DNA of 32,000 bases from Methylotetracoccus oryzae. Lineage in GTDB: Bacteria; Pseudomonadota; Gammaproteobacteria; Methylococcales; Methylococcaceae. Below the pieces are notes generated by a model. The model did no database searches and was not told where the DNA came from. It saw only the letters and a list, made by a program, of their open reading frames with translations. Within the stretch, counting starts at the first letter, position 1; each line of letters opens with the position of its first letter. Of this stretch, positions 9,101-18,552 are shown in pieces. A program made the position numbers and the translations under genes. The DNA is taken from positions 90,719 to 122,718 of the forward strand of contig NZ_SRSH01000009.1 in NCBI RefSeq assembly GCF_006175985.1, read 5' to 3'.

Positions 9101-11074
9101 TCAGGCAGTGGCCGACGAAGGCGCCGCTGACAGCGCGGCCTTCTGGCGTGCGGCGACGCGATAACGCTTGTCGCTCGCGGCCAGCACGCCGCCGAGTGCC
9201 ATACACAGGCCGCCCAGCCAGATCCATCGAATGAACGGCTTATAGTAGAGGCGGACGCTCCAGGCGCCGTTGTCCATCGGTTCACCCAGCGCGACGTAAA
9301 GGTCGCGGGTGAGGCCCGGGTCGATCGCCGCTTCGGTCATCGTGTTGCGTTGGACCCGGTAGGCGCGCTTTTCGGGCTTGAGTATCACCTCGCGGGTACC
9401 CGAGCGCACCGCGAATTCGCCTTGAGAGGCCGTGTAGTTCGGGCCTTCCACGCGGGTTGTCCCGCGAAAGGTGAACGCGTAGTCGCCGATTGTCACGGTC
9501 TCGCTTGGCGCGAGGCGGACGGTCTTCTCGACCGTGTAGCAGCCCGACAGGGCGATGCCGATCAACACCACGGCCAGCCCGGCGTGGGCAAGGGTCATGC
9601 CGTAGACGCCGCGCGACTGGGAGCGGAGGCCCGCCAGCCAGTGTTCGCGCAGACGAACGCGGCTCCAGAGCGTATAGCCGGCCGTGGCCACAAGCCAGAT
9701 CGCCAGCGTGATCGTGGCGAAGGTCTTGATGTCGCGCAGGTTCCAGAACACCGCCATGGTGACGATCCCAGCGGTAACGCTCAGCAGGGCCAGCCAACGG
9801 GTTCGGCGTGCAATGGCGGTCAGACTGGCACTGCGCCACGGAAACAGCAGACCCGTGCCGGCCAGCAGGAATACCGGGGCCATCACCGGCGCGAACACGG
9901 CATCGAAATAGGGCGGTCCGACCGAGATCTTGCCGAGGCCGAGCGCGTCGACCACCAGTGGATACAGCGTACCCAGCAGGATGCTACCGGCAGCCGTGAC
10001 CAGCAGGACGTTATTCAGCAACAGCAGGTTTTCGCGCGAGACGAGTTCGTAGCGCGCGTTGTCACGGACAGCGGGTGCGCGCAAGCCATACAGCATGAGA
10101 GATCCGCCGATCACGACGCCGAGCAGCACCAGGATGAACAGTCCGCGGGCCGGGTCGGTCGCGAAGGCATGCACGGAGGTCAGCACGCCCGAGCGGACCA
10201 GGAAGGTGCCCAGCAGGCTCAGCGAAAATGCAAAGATGGCCAGCAACACCGTCCAGGCCTTGAACGCCCCGCGCTTCTCGGTCACGGCCAGCGAATGGAT
10301 CAGTGCAGTCGCGACCAGCCATGGCATGAATGAGGCGTTTTCCACCGGGTCCCAGAACCACCAGCCGCCCCAGCCGAGTTCGTAGTACGCCCACCAGGAA
10401 CCCAGCGTGATGCCGGCTGTCAGGAACGTCCACGCGACCAATGTCCATGGGCGCGACCAGCGGGCCCAGGCTGCATCCAGCGATCCGCTCAGCAGTGCGG
10501 CGACGGCGAAGCTGAACGCGACGCTGAGGCCGACGTAACCCATATAGAGCATCGGCGGATGGATCGTCATGCCGAAATCCTGCAGCAGCGGGTTCAGGTC
10601 ATTGCCGTCCGCAGGTGGTACCGCCAAGCGCTCGAATGGATTCGAAGTCAGCAGGATGAACAGCAGGATGCCGATGCTGACCAGCCCCATGACACCGAGC
10701 ACGCGGGCCACGAAGTCCTCGGTCAGGCTGCGGCTGAAAATGGTCACCGCCAGCGTCCACAGCCCCAGGATGGTCGCCCAGAGCAGCATCGAGCCCTCGT
10801 GTCCGCCCCAGACCGCGGACAGGCGATAGTAGAGGGGCAGCGCGCTGTTGGAGTGCTGTGCGACGTAGGCGACCGAGAAGTCGTTGAGGGCGAAGCTGGC
10901 CGCCAGGCACCCGAACGCCGCGAGCAGGAAGAAACACTGTGCGCGCCCGGCGCCCCGGGCAACCGCCATCCACAGCGGTACGCCACCCGCGGCACCGGCC
11001 AATGGGAAACCGGCCTGCAGCAGTGCCATCATCAAGGCCATGACCAGGGCCAGATGGCCGAGTTCGGCGATCAT
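9101..11074 (-). CDS. ccmF: Cytochrome c-type biogenesis haem lyase subunit CcmF
   Basis: WWD motif WGGWWFWDPVENASFMPWL in a polytopic membrane protein. True start is MIAELGHLALV at 11074, overlapping the ccmE stop (ATGA). The track ORF is over-extended to 11584. Confidence 0.93.
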   Translation of the reverse strand: MIAELGHLALVMALMMALLQAGFPLAGAAGGVPLWMAVARGAGRAQCFFLLAAFGCLAASFALNDFSVAYVAQHSNSALPLYYRLSAVWGGHEGSMLLWATILGLWTLAVTIFSRSLTEDFVARVLGVMGLVSIGILLFILLTSNPFERLAVPPADGNDLNPLLQDFGMTIHPPMLYMGYVGLSVAFSFAVAALLSGSLDAAWARWSRPWTLVAWTFLTAGITLGSWWAYYELGWGGWWFWDPVENASFMPWLVATALIHSLAVTEKRGAFKAWTVLLAIFAFSLSLLGTFLVRSGVLTSVHAFATDPARGLFILVLLGVVIGGSLMLYGLRAPAVRDNARYELVSRENLLLLNNVLLVTAAGSILLGTLYPLVVDALGLGKISVGPPYFDAVFAPVMAPVFLLAGTGLLFPWRSASLTAIARRTRWLALLSVTAGIVTMAVFWNLRDIKTFATITLAIWLVATAGYTLWSRVRLREHWLAGLRSQSRGVYGMTLAHAGLAVVLIGIALSGCYTVEKTVRLAPSETVTIGDYAFTFRGTTRVEGPNYTASQGEFAVRSGTREVILKPEKRAYRVQRNTMTEAAIDPGLTRDLYVALGEPMDNGAWSVRLYYKPFIRWIWLGGLCMALGGVLAASDKRYRVAARQKAALSAAPSSATA

Positions 11075-11535
11075 TTCGGTTGCCAGGCCTGGTAATCGAG
11101 GACGGGCTTGCCGTCGGCGCCGTGCTTCACGGTGTCGGCGATTTCGGGCGGCATGTAGTTTTCGTCGTGCTTGGCGAGGACCTCGGTGGCTTCGAACACG
11201 CCGTCCTGATTCAACTGCCCGATCGAGATGATCCCCTGGCCTTCCCGGAAAAGGTCCGGAAGGATGCCACTGTAGGTGACCGCGACGCTCGCCGGACCGT
11301 CGGTGACCTCGAATCCCACCTTCAGACTGCCGGCATCGCGCTTCACGCTGCCCGGAACGACCAGGCCGCCGACGCGGAATGGATAGCCTTTGGGCGCTTC
11401 GCCCGCGGCGACCTGTGATGGAGTGTAGAAGTACAGCAGGTTCTTCTGGAATGCGGACAGAGCAAAAAATGCAGCGACCGCGATCCCGATAAGGATGCCG
11501 CTCACCGCCAGCATGCGCTGATGCCGCCGTGTCAT
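11071..11535 (-). CDS. ccmE: Cytochrome c-type biogenesis haem chaperone CcmE
   Basis: N-terminal anchor MTRRHQRMLAVSGILIGIAVAAFFAL, an OB-fold body, and the haem-binding VLAKHDENYMPPE motif. The start at 11535 overlaps the ccmD stop. Confidence 0.92.
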   Translation of the reverse strand: MTRRHQRMLAVSGILIGIAVAAFFALSAFQKNLLYFYTPSQVAAGEAPKGYPFRVGGLVVPGSVKRDAGSLKVGFEVTDGPASVAVTYSGILPDLFREGQGIISIGQLNQDGVFEATEVLAKHDENYMPPEIADTVKHGADGKPVLDYQAWQPK

Positions 11536-11702
11536 GCGGAACTCTTGCGCTGTTGGTACAAGGCTGAGAATCGTCGCTGCACACGGGTGTGGCGGCGGCG
11601 CGCCGCGATCAGGTTGGCGGCGAGCACGAGCGCGGCCAGCCCGTAGGCCGGCCACACGTAGGCGGCATAGCCGCCCATGTTCAGAAAGTGTTCGAAGTCC
11701 AT
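11532..11702 (-). CDS. ccmD: Haem exporter protein CcmD
   Basis: 56 aa: MDFEHFLNMGGYAAYVWPAYGLAALVLAANLIAARRRH... This matches the CcmD signature (F..MGGYA.YVW plus one TM plus basic tail). No obvious SD. The track ORF is over-extended to 11912. Confidence 0.75.
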   Translation of the reverse strand: MDFEHFLNMGGYAAYVWPAYGLAALVLAANLIAARRRHTRVQRRFSALYQQRKSSA

Positions 11703-11788
11703 CGTGAGGTCGTGCGCCTGGCGCTGTCGTTCAGTGTTTGTGGCGGCGAGGGGACTGGCACTGTAGCGGCCGGCCTCTTCACACCCCC

Positions 11789-12880
11789 TTAGAGTGTATC
11801 GAGGATAGCGCGTTTCACCGCATCGAGTTGGGCTTCGACAGTGCGCGGCTTGGTCGTGCATTGCCCGATGGCCGTGTCCGGATCCTTGAGGCCGTGTCCG
11901 GTCAGGGTGCAAACGACCGTACTGCCCTCGGGGATGCGGCCCCGTTCGATGTCATGGATTGCGCCGGCTACCGAAATCGCCGAGGCAGGCTCGCAAAAGA
12001 TGCCTTCCTTCTCGGCGAGCAGTTTTTGCGCCGCCAGAATCTCCTGATCGGTGAAGCCGGCGAACCAGCCGCCCGATTCACGTTGCGCGCGCCAGGCCCC
12101 GTCCCAGGATTGCGGGTGCCCGATGCGGATTGCGGTGGCGATGGTCTCGGGATGGTCGATCATTTCGCCGGTCAGGAAAGGTGCGGCGCCCGCGGCCTGA
12201 TAACCCAGCATGATCGGTCGCCGGTCGGTCACCGGTGGATGGCGCTCGGTGCCGATCGCATATTCGCTGTAGCCCTTCCAGTAGGCAGTGATGTTGCCGG
12301 CATTGCCGACCGGGAGGCAATGATAGGTGGGGGCCTCGCCCAGTTCGTCGACGATCTCGAACGCCGCTGTCTTCTGCCCGTCGATACGGAACGGGTTGAT
12401 CGAATTGACGATCGTGACCGGCGCATGGTCGGCGATCTCCTTCACGATCCGCATGCCGTCATCGAAATTGCCCTTGATCTGCAGCACGACCGCGCCGTAC
12501 AGCATGGCTTGGGCCAGCTTGCCCATGGCGATTTTGCCGTCGGGAATCAATACGAAGGCCGTGATGCCGGCACGTCCGGCATACGCGGCGGCGGCGGCAG
12601 ACGTGTTGCCGGTCGACGCGCAGATGATCGCCCGGCTGCCCTCCTCGACGGCTTTCGACACGGCCATGGTCATGCCGCGGTCCTTGAAGGAGCCCGTGGG
12701 GTTCAGCCCCTCGAACTTGACATACAACGCAACGTCCCTTCCGATCAGCCTCGGGATGTTGTGGAGTTGGATCAACGGCGTGTTGCCCTCGCCAAGGCTG
12801 ATCGGACAGGTCTTGTCCGTGCAGGGCAGGCGGTCGCGGTAGCGGTGGATGAGTCCGATGTAGCGGTTGGCTGAAGGCAT
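11789..12880 (-). CDS. thrC: Threonine synthase
   Basis: PLP-lysine motif [12 protein letters not shown], short-form ThrC length (363 aa), and position downstream of hom. Confidence 0.92.
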   Translation of the reverse strand: MPSANRYIGLIHRYRDRLPCTDKTCPISLGEGNTPLIQLHNIPRLIGRDVALYVKFEGLNPTGSFKDRGMTMAVSKAVEEGSRAIICASTGNTSAAAAAYAGRAGITAFVLIPDGKIAMGKLAQAMLYGAVVLQIKGNFDDGMRIVKEIADHAPVTIVNSINPFRIDGQKTAAFEIVDELGEAPTYHCLPVGNAGNITAYWKGYSEYAIGTERHPPVTDRRPIMLGYQAAGAAPFLTGEMIDHPETIATAIRIGHPQSWDGAWRAQRESGGWFAGFTDQEILAAQKLLAEKEGIFCEPASAISVAGAIHDIERGRIPEGSTVVCTLTGHGLKDPDTAIGQCTTKPRTVEAQLDAVKRAILDTL

Positions 12881-12948
12881 GATGGCAGTCGTTGCGAAAG
12901 GGCTGGGGCGTCGGGCGTAACGCGCGAGTCCGGCTTTGGGGCTCGGGC

Positions 12949-14259
12949 TTACTTCAGGGTTTCGAGGCGGATCCGCACGGCGGGACCCTGGATCGTGTCG
13001 AGGGCTTCGATCTGCGCCAGCGCCGCATTCAGCTCCCGCTCCAGCACCCGGTGGGTGATCATGATGATCGGCAGATGACTCGCGCCCGTGGGTGCCTCCT
13101 TCTGTATCAAGGCCTCGATGCTGATGCCCTGGTTGGCGAGGATCCGGGCGATGTCCGCCAGCACGCCCGGTTTGTCTTCGGCGTTCAGTCTCAGGTAGTA
13201 GGCCGTTTCGACCTCGTCGATACCGAGTACCGGGATGTCGGAGATCGACTGCGGCTGGAACGCGAGATGCGGGACGCGATTCTCGGAATCGGAAGTCAGC
13301 GTGCGCACGACATCGACCAGATCCGCCACGACCGAGGACGCCGTCGGCTCGGCGCCGGCGCCGGCGCCATAGTACAGCGTGGGCCCTACCGCGTCGCCCT
13401 TGACCAGGATGGCGTTCATGACGCCCGCCACGTTGGCGATCAGCCTGCGCTCGGGAATCAGGGTCGGGTGCACCCGCAGTTCCACCCCCCGTTCCGTCCG
13501 CCGCGCGATGCCCAGCAATTTGATCCTATAGCCCAGGGCTTCCGCATAGGCGACGTCCGTGGCGGTGATGCCGGTGATGCCTTCGACGTAGACGCGCTGG
13601 AACTGCAGCGGGATGCCGAACGCGATCGAGGCCAGGATCGTCAGCTTGTGCGCGGTGTCCGTACCCTCGATGTCGAAGGCGGGGTCGGCCTCGGCATAAC
13701 CCAGCGCCTGGGCCTCCTTCAGCACGCTGTCGAAATCGCGCCCTTTGTCGCGCATTTCGGTCAGGATGAAGTTGCAGGTCCCGTTGATGATCCCGGCAAC
13801 CCACTCGACGCGATTGCCGGCCAGGCCCTCACGCAAGGTCTTGATGATCGGGATGCCGCCTGCCACGGCGGCTTCGAAGGCCACCATCAACCCGCGTCGG
13901 CTCGCCTCGGCGAATATCTCGTTGCCGTGCAGCGCAATCAGCATCTTGTTCGCGGTAACGACATGCTTGCCCCGGTTCAGGGCCCGCAGCACCAGATCTT
14001 TGGCCGGTACTTCGCCGCCGATCAGCTCGACGACGATCTGGATGTCGGGATCGTCGACGACTGCATGCGGATCGGTGGTGACTTCCAGCCCGCTGGTGTC
14101 GCAAATTCGGGCGCGCGCGAGGTTGCGAGTCGCAATCCGGGCGATCTGAATCTCGCGGCCGGCGCGCCGGCTGATCTCGCTGGCATTTCGACGCAGCACG
14201 TTGACGGTGCCGCCGCCGACCGTACCCAGCCCGAGCAGGCCAATCTTTACCGGCTTCAC
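12949..14259 (-). CDS. hom: Homoserine dehydrogenase
   Basis: N-terminus [17 protein letters not shown] and a C-terminal ACT domain ([30 protein letters not shown]). I prefer the GTG at 14259, preceded by GAGGA with a 7-nt spacer, over the track ATG at 14280. Confidence 0.92.
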   Translation of the reverse strand: MKPVKIGLLGLGTVGGGTVNVLRRNASEISRRAGREIQIARIATRNLARARICDTSGLEVTTDPHAVVDDPDIQIVVELIGGEVPAKDLVLRALNRGKHVVTANKMLIALHGNEIFAEASRRGLMVAFEAAVAGGIPIIKTLREGLAGNRVEWVAGIINGTCNFILTEMRDKGRDFDSVLKEAQALGYAEADPAFDIEGTDTAHKLTILASIAFGIPLQFQRVYVEGITGITATDVAYAEALGYRIKLLGIARRTERGVELRVHPTLIPERRLIANVAGVMNAILVKGDAVGPTLYYGAGAGAEPTASSVVADLVDVVRTLTSDSENRVPHLAFQPQSISDIPVLGIDEVETAYYLRLNAEDKPGVLADIARILANQGISIEALIQKEAPTGASHLPIIMITHRVLERELNAALAQIEALDTIQGPAVRIRLETLK

Positions 14260-14292
14260 TGACAGGTCCTCACGTGGCATCTGGACCGGCGA

Positions 14293-15477
14293 TCATACTG
14301 CATTGTCCCGCCGCAGCATATGACGGATACCGCGCACGGCCTGTCGCGTCCGGTGTTCGTTCTCGATCAGGCTGAAACGCACGTGGTCGTCGCCGAACTC
14401 ACCGAAGCCGATGCCGGGCGACACGGCGACTTGCGCATCGAGCAACAGCTTTTTCGCAAATTCCAGCGAGCCCATCGTGCGGTACTGCTCCGGGATCGGA
14501 GCCCAGACGAACATGGTGCCGCGCGGCTTCTCGACGTGCCAGCCGATGTCGTTCAGGCCCTTGCACAGCGTATCCCGGCGTGATCGATAGAGTTCGCAGA
14601 TCTCGTGGACGCAATCCTGGGGGCCTTCCAGCGCGGTGATCGCAGCGACCTGAATCGGGGTGAACATCCCGTAGTCCAGATAGGACTTGATGCGGGCCAG
14701 CGCTGCGACCAGTTCGGGGTTGCCACACATGAAACCCACGCGCCAGCCCGGCATGTTGTAGCTCTTCGATAGCGTGAAGAACTCGACGGCGACTTCGGTC
14801 GCATGTGGGACCTGCAGGATCGACGGGGCGACGTACCCGTCGAAGACGAGGTCGGCGTAAGCGAGGTCATGGACCACCCAGATCCGGTATTCCCGCGCGA
14901 TTTCGATGACCTTCTCGAAGAAGTCCAAATCGACGCACTGCGTCGTCGGATTGCCCGGAAAGTTCAGGACCAGCATCTTCGGCTTCGGCCAGGATGTCTT
15001 GATGGCCTTTTCGAGTTCCTCGAAGAAGTCGACACCGTCGACTAAAGGCACGTGGCGCACATCCGCCCCGGCGAGTACGAAGCCATACGGATGGATCGGA
15101 TAGGCGGGGTTGGGCACGAGCACCGCGTCGCCGGGTCCCATCGTGGCCATCGCCAGATGAGCCAGGCCTTCCTTCGAGCCGATCGTTACGATCGCCTGAG
15201 TGTCCAGATCCAGTTCGACGTCGAAGCGGTCCCGGTACCAGTTGCAGATGGCGCGGCGCAGGCGTGGAATGCCACGCGACACCGAATAGCGGTGGTTGGT
15301 GTCCTTGCGCGAAACCTCAACCAGTTTGTCGACGATGTGCTTGGGTGTCGGACGGTCCGGATTACCCATGCCGAAGTCGATGATGTCGCTGCCGGCCGCT
15401 CGTTCCTTCGCCTTCAGTTCATTGACGATGTTGAAGACGTATGGCGGCAAGCGTTTGATGCGCTGAAATTCTTCCAT
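14293..15477 (-). CDS. alaC: PLP-dependent aminotransferase, AlaC (glutamate-pyruvate aminotransferase) type
   Basis: Near-collinear with my recollection of E. coli AlaC/YfdZ: [43 protein letters not shown], and the PLP-lysine motif [16 protein letters not shown]. Confidence 0.88.
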   Translation of the reverse strand: MEEFQRIKRLPPYVFNIVNELKAKERAAGSDIIDFGMGNPDRPTPKHIVDKLVEVSRKDTNHRYSVSRGIPRLRRAICNWYRDRFDVELDLDTQAIVTIGSKEGLAHLAMATMGPGDAVLVPNPAYPIHPYGFVLAGADVRHVPLVDGVDFFEELEKAIKTSWPKPKMLVLNFPGNPTTQCVDLDFFEKVIEIAREYRIWVVHDLAYADLVFDGYVAPSILQVPHATEVAVEFFTLSKSYNMPGWRVGFMCGNPELVAALARIKSYLDYGMFTPIQVAAITALEGPQDCVHEICELYRSRRDTLCKGLNDIGWHVEKPRGTMFVWAPIPEQYRTMGSLEFAKKLLLDAQVAVSPGIGFGEFGDDHVRFSLIENEHRTRQAVRGIRHMLRRDNAV

Positions 15478-15549
15478 TCGCGGCTCGGCTGGCAGAGATC
15501 GTTAGGGGAGGGTAGTCGTACGCGGTAATGCGTCGTGACAAAACGTCTA

Positions 15550-15578
15550 AAAATAAGATCCGCGGTGATTCTTGTCAA
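15550..15578 (-). promoter_or_regulatory. Near-consensus sigma70-type promoter for alaC (and probably hom-thrC)
   Basis: On the minus strand: TTGACA (15578-15573), a 17-nt spacer, then TATTTT (15555-15550). It lies about 70 nt upstream of the alaC ATG at 15477. Confidence 0.5.
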
Positions 15579-15624
15579 ACTCGGCTTGGGCGCTACTGCC
15601 GCGGGGCGATGGTGGGTTCGGGAA

Positions 15625-15654
15625 TTGATTAAATTGCGGTGCAGATGGTAATCT
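15625..15654 (+). promoter_or_regulatory. Candidate sigma70-type promoter for the cytochrome c peroxidase gene
   Basis: TTGATT (15625-15630), an 18-nt spacer, then TAATCT (15649-15654). It lies about 34 nt upstream of the ATG at 15688. Hexamer match only. Confidence 0.3.
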
Positions 15655-15687
15655 TTCTCATCTGTGAATGCCGGTCAGGTGCCGACC

Positions 15688-16887
15688 ATGAAACGCGCTC
15701 GTTCCGTTGTTGTTCCGATTGCCGCTGCTGCGGCATGTATGGTCTCGCTGTCCGTGCCGGGTTGGGCCGAAGGTCCGGTTCTCAGCGGTCAGCGATTCCT
15801 GCCGCTGAAAGCCCGGCTCGGGCAGAAACTGTTTTTCGATTCCGACCTGTCCACGCCGCCCGGTCAGTCGTGCTCGAGTTGTCACGACCCGAACAGCGGG
15901 TTCGCGGATCCCGATCCACGCACGCCCACCTCGAAAGGTGTGACCCCAGGCCGCTTCGGTAGTCGCAATGCTCCGACAGCCGCCTACGCGGCCTTCGCTC
16001 CGGCATTCCATTACGACCCGGCTGAGGCGCTTTTCGTCGGCGGACAATTCCTCGACGGTCGCGCCGCGACCCTGGAAGAGCAGGCTGCCATGCCGTTCTT
16101 GAACCCGCTCGAGATGGCCAATCCGGACAAGGCGACCGTCGTTCGGAAGGTGCGCCAAGCTGGCTACGCCGATCTGTTCCGCGCCGTTTACGGGCCCAGG
16201 GCGTTGGCCGAGGTCGATCGTGCCTACGACCGTATAGCAGATGCGATTGCCACGTTCGAGAACACTCGCCTGATGAACCGCTTCAGTTCCAAGTACGACG
16301 CATATCTCGCCGGGAAGGTCGCGCTGACCCCAGCCGAAGCGAACGGGCTGCGTCTGTTCGAGGATCCGGACAAGGGCAACTGCGCCGCATGTCATCCCAG
16401 TGCCCCGGGGCCGGGCCGGACCCCGCCGCTGTTCACAGACTACACCTATGACAATCTCGGCGTGCCTCGCAATCCGGCGAATCCTTTCTACGGTTTGCAC
16501 GCGGAGTTCAATCCGGACCAGCGTGAGTTCGTCGACAGGGGTTTGGGAGCGGTTCTCGCGCGGCCCTCGGAAGACGGAAAGTTCAAGGTGCCGACGCTGC
16601 GCAACGTCGCCGTCAGCGGGCCGTACATGCACAACGGTTACTTCGCCAGCCTTCGGGCAGTGGTTGCCTTCTACAACGATCGTGACGTCAGGCCGGCGTG
16701 CAAGTCACGGTTCGTCAGCGAGGCAAGCGCCTTGCATAGGGGCTGTTGGCCCCGGCCCGAGGTGACCGACAACGTGAATCGGAATGAACTCGGCCGACTG
16801 GGTCTGACCGATCAGGAAGTCGACGACATCGTGGCCTTCCTGCAGACCCTGACCGACGGTTACCGGTTGCCGTCCGTGACGGAGTGA
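15688..16887 (+). CDS. Di-haem cytochrome c peroxidase (CCP/MauG family), periplasmic
   Basis: Signal peptide MKRARSVVVPIAAAAACMVSLSVPGWA. Two CXXCH motifs in the family context: LFFDSDLSTPPGQSCSSCHDPNSGFADP and KGNCAACHPS. C-terminal LTDQEVDDIVAFLQTLTD. The ATG at 15688 is preferred over the track GTG at 15664. Confidence 0.88.
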   Translation: MKRARSVVVPIAAAAACMVSLSVPGWAEGPVLSGQRFLPLKARLGQKLFFDSDLSTPPGQSCSSCHDPNSGFADPDPRTPTSKGVTPGRFGSRNAPTAAYAAFAPAFHYDPAEALFVGGQFLDGRAATLEEQAAMPFLNPLEMANPDKATVVRKVRQAGYADLFRAVYGPRALAEVDRAYDRIADAIATFENTRLMNRFSSKYDAYLAGKVALTPAEANGLRLFEDPDKGNCAACHPSAPGPGRTPPLFTDYTYDNLGVPRNPANPFYGLHAEFNPDQREFVDRGLGAVLARPSEDGKFKVPTLRNVAVSGPYMHNGYFASLRAVVAFYNDRDVRPACKSRFVSEASALHRGCWPRPEVTDNVNRNELGRLGLTDQEVDDIVAFLQTLTDGYRLPSVTE

Positions 16888-16906
16888 CTCCGGTCGCTAG
16901 GCCTGT

Positions 16907-17221
16907 TCACGGCCCGATGGGTTGGTCGCGGCTCAGCCGGACCCAGCCCTGGACGATGCGGTAGACGATCCACATCAGATCGCCGCTGAGGATCATCAGG
17001 CCGAGCGGGCCCGCCATCAGCGTGAGTGCTCCGGCGACGCCCACCGCGAGGCTGATCCAGAATGTCTGGATCTGCCAGCGGAAGTGTGATGCCAGCCATG
17101 AGTTGCCCGCTTTGGGCAGTTGCGTGTGGCTGATGATCGCGCTGATCGGGTAAGTGATGCCGGCAATGACTGCGCCGGCCTGGAGTAGGTAAGCAATTTG
17201 AGCGAGTTGCTTGGTTGTCAT
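16907..17221 (-). CDS. Small integral membrane protein, uncharacterised (tentatively COG3671-like)
   Basis: 104 aa with 3 predicted TM segments and the motif SHFRWQIQTFW. Lies 46 nt downstream of the GlcG-like gene on the same strand. The family assignment is from memory only. Confidence 0.6.
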   Translation of the reverse strand: MTTKQLAQIAYLLQAGAVIAGITYPISAIISHTQLPKAGNSWLASHFRWQIQTFWISLAVGVAGALTLMAGPLGLMILSGDLMWIVYRIVQGWVRLSRDQPIGP

Positions 17222-17267
17222 GACGATGTGCCGGTTTGTTCTCGCTGCGGAGGGGCGTGGTGACTCG

Positions 17268-17813
17268 CTACTTCAGCGGTCCGAATGGCTCAGCGCCGAT
17301 TGCCGCCAGCCCGGCCCGTGCGCAGGTCTCGTCCAGGCGTACGCCCGGTGCACCGCCAACTCCGATGGCACCGACGACGGTGCCGTTCAGGGTGATGGGG
17401 AAGCCGCCGCCGAGAAGCAGGATCGAGTCGTTCATGTCGTGCAGTCCCGCCAGTTCCGCGGAGCCGGCCGCGATTTCTGCGAGGACTTGGGTGGGTTGGC
17501 GCAGGCTCGCGGCCGTGTAGGCCTTGCGTCGGCTGCTTTCCACGGTGTGCGGTCCGGCGCCATCGGCCCGTGCGGCCAGCACGGTCACACCGGCAGCATC
17601 GGTCACGGTCACGCTGACACGGTGGCCATCCGTCTGGCACTGTCGCAAACTCGCGGCCGCGGCCTTTTGCGCGAGTTCCAACGAGATGTGAGCGACCGCG
17701 ACGAGATTCTCCGCCCGGAGCGGTGACCCGAACGAGGATAGCGCGAAGGCTGCAAGGACAGTTGCCACGTGACTCACGGAAGCGACGCCTCGCTGCGTGG
17801 GGTGTGTCTTCAT
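17268..17813 (-). CDS. Secreted GlcG/HbpS-like (DUF336) haem-binding-family protein
   Basis: Start re-set to MKTHPTQRG... (ATG at 17813). Signal peptide ends ...SPLRA|ENL. DUF336 motifs LLLGGGFPI and GAIGVGGAPG. The track ORF is over-extended to 18077. Confidence 0.8.
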   Translation of the reverse strand: MKTHPTQRGVASVSHVATVLAAFALSSFGSPLRAENLVAVAHISLELAQKAAAASLRQCQTDGHRVSVTVTDAAGVTVLAARADGAGPHTVESSRRKAYTAASLRQPTQVLAEIAAGSAELAGLHDMNDSILLLGGGFPITLNGTVVGAIGVGGAPGVRLDETCARAGLAAIGAEPFGPLK

Positions 17814-17826
17814 GTCGAGCTCCGGG

Positions 17827-18552
17827 TCAATCCGATACGAGTGAGAGTTTCGACTGCGTGGCGCGATCGGATGTTCCGCTCGGTGTATGGGTCTGACGCA
17901 GGCGGGCGTCGAACTCCTGCAGGCGTTCGCGCGTGCCGATATCCATCCAGAAACCGGGGTACAACTCGCCCGTGACGCGCCCGTGGGCCATGGCTTCACG
18001 CAACAGTGGCGCCAGGGCACAACGGCCCTCGGGCAGGTTGGCGAACAGCGCAGGCCGGTAGAGGCCGATCCCGGCAAAGGTATGACGCTCCGCGCCGTCC
18101 GGCATCAGTGTCTGGCCGTGCAAGGCGAAGTCTCCGACCGGATGGTGCTCCGGGTTGGCGGTCAGGACCAGATGGGCGTCGCCGGGCGGCGTACGGTGCA
18201 GGCGCTCGAAGGGAAAATCGGTTGCGATGTCGCCGTTTACGACCAGAAAAGGGTCGTCCCCGAGCAGCGGCAGGGCATGGCGGATGCCGCCGGCCGTCTC
18301 AAGTGGCTCCGGACCCTCATCCGAGTAAGCGATGCTGACACTCCAGCGGTGTCCGTCGCCGAGGTGCTCCCGAATCTGGTCGCCCAAGTAAGCCAGATTG
18401 ACCACCAGTTCGCGAAATCCGGCTTGGGCGAGCGCGACGATCAGGTGCTCGATCAGCGGCCGCTCTCCGGCTTCGAGCAGGGGTTTCGGCGTGTGGTCGG
18501 TCAGTGGCCGCAGCCGTTCGCCGCGGCCGGCCGCGAGGATCATGGCCTTCAT
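17827..18552 (-). CDS. murU: N-acetylmuramate alpha-1-phosphate uridylyltransferase (nucleotidyltransferase)
   Basis: MKAMILAAGRGERLRPLTDHTPKPLL nucleotidyltransferase G-loop. The start at 18552 overlaps the amgK stop (ATGA). Conserved amgK-murU pairing next to lptD. The track ORF is over-extended to 18840. Confidence 0.85.
   Translation of the reverse strand: MKAMILAAGRGERLRPLTDHTPKPLLEAGERPLIEHLIVALAQAGFRELVVNLAYLGDQIREHLGDGHRWSVSIAYSDEGPEPLETAGGIRHALPLLGDDPFLVVNGDIATDFPFERLHRTPPGDAHLVLTANPEHHPVGDFALHGQTLMPDGAERHTFAGIGLYRPALFANLPEGRCALAPLLREAMAHGRVTGELYPGFWMDIGTRERLQEFDARLRQTHTPSGTSDRATQSKLSLVSD

Noticed and set aside
9101-11912. Track ORFs suggesting an 827-aa CcmF, a 194-aa CcmE and a 126-aa CcmD
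   Set aside because: These are 5' over-extensions through the upstream gene, caused by stop-codon scarcity. The family-typical N-termini begin at internal ATGs (11074, 11535, 11702) that form ATGA overlaps. The same applies to murU (18840 to 18552), the GlcG-like gene (18077 to 17813), pdxA (23746 to 23833), ccmG (9285 to about 9081) and the lpp-like gene (26098 to 26053).
11738-14262. Plus-strand ORFs of 378 aa (11738-12874) and 456 aa (12892-14262)
   Set aside because: They are antisense to thrC and hom, both of which carry clear catalytic motifs. The translations are Arg/Gly/Asp-rich with no recognisable domain.
15658-16632. 324-aa minus-strand ORF. The same pattern occurs at 20488-21603, 22845-23618, 26786-27769, 4248-5108 (+) and 9350-10333 (+).
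   Set aside because: All are antisense to confidently identified genes (ccp, lptD, surA, pgm, mpl, ccmF) and have the composition of non-coding frames.
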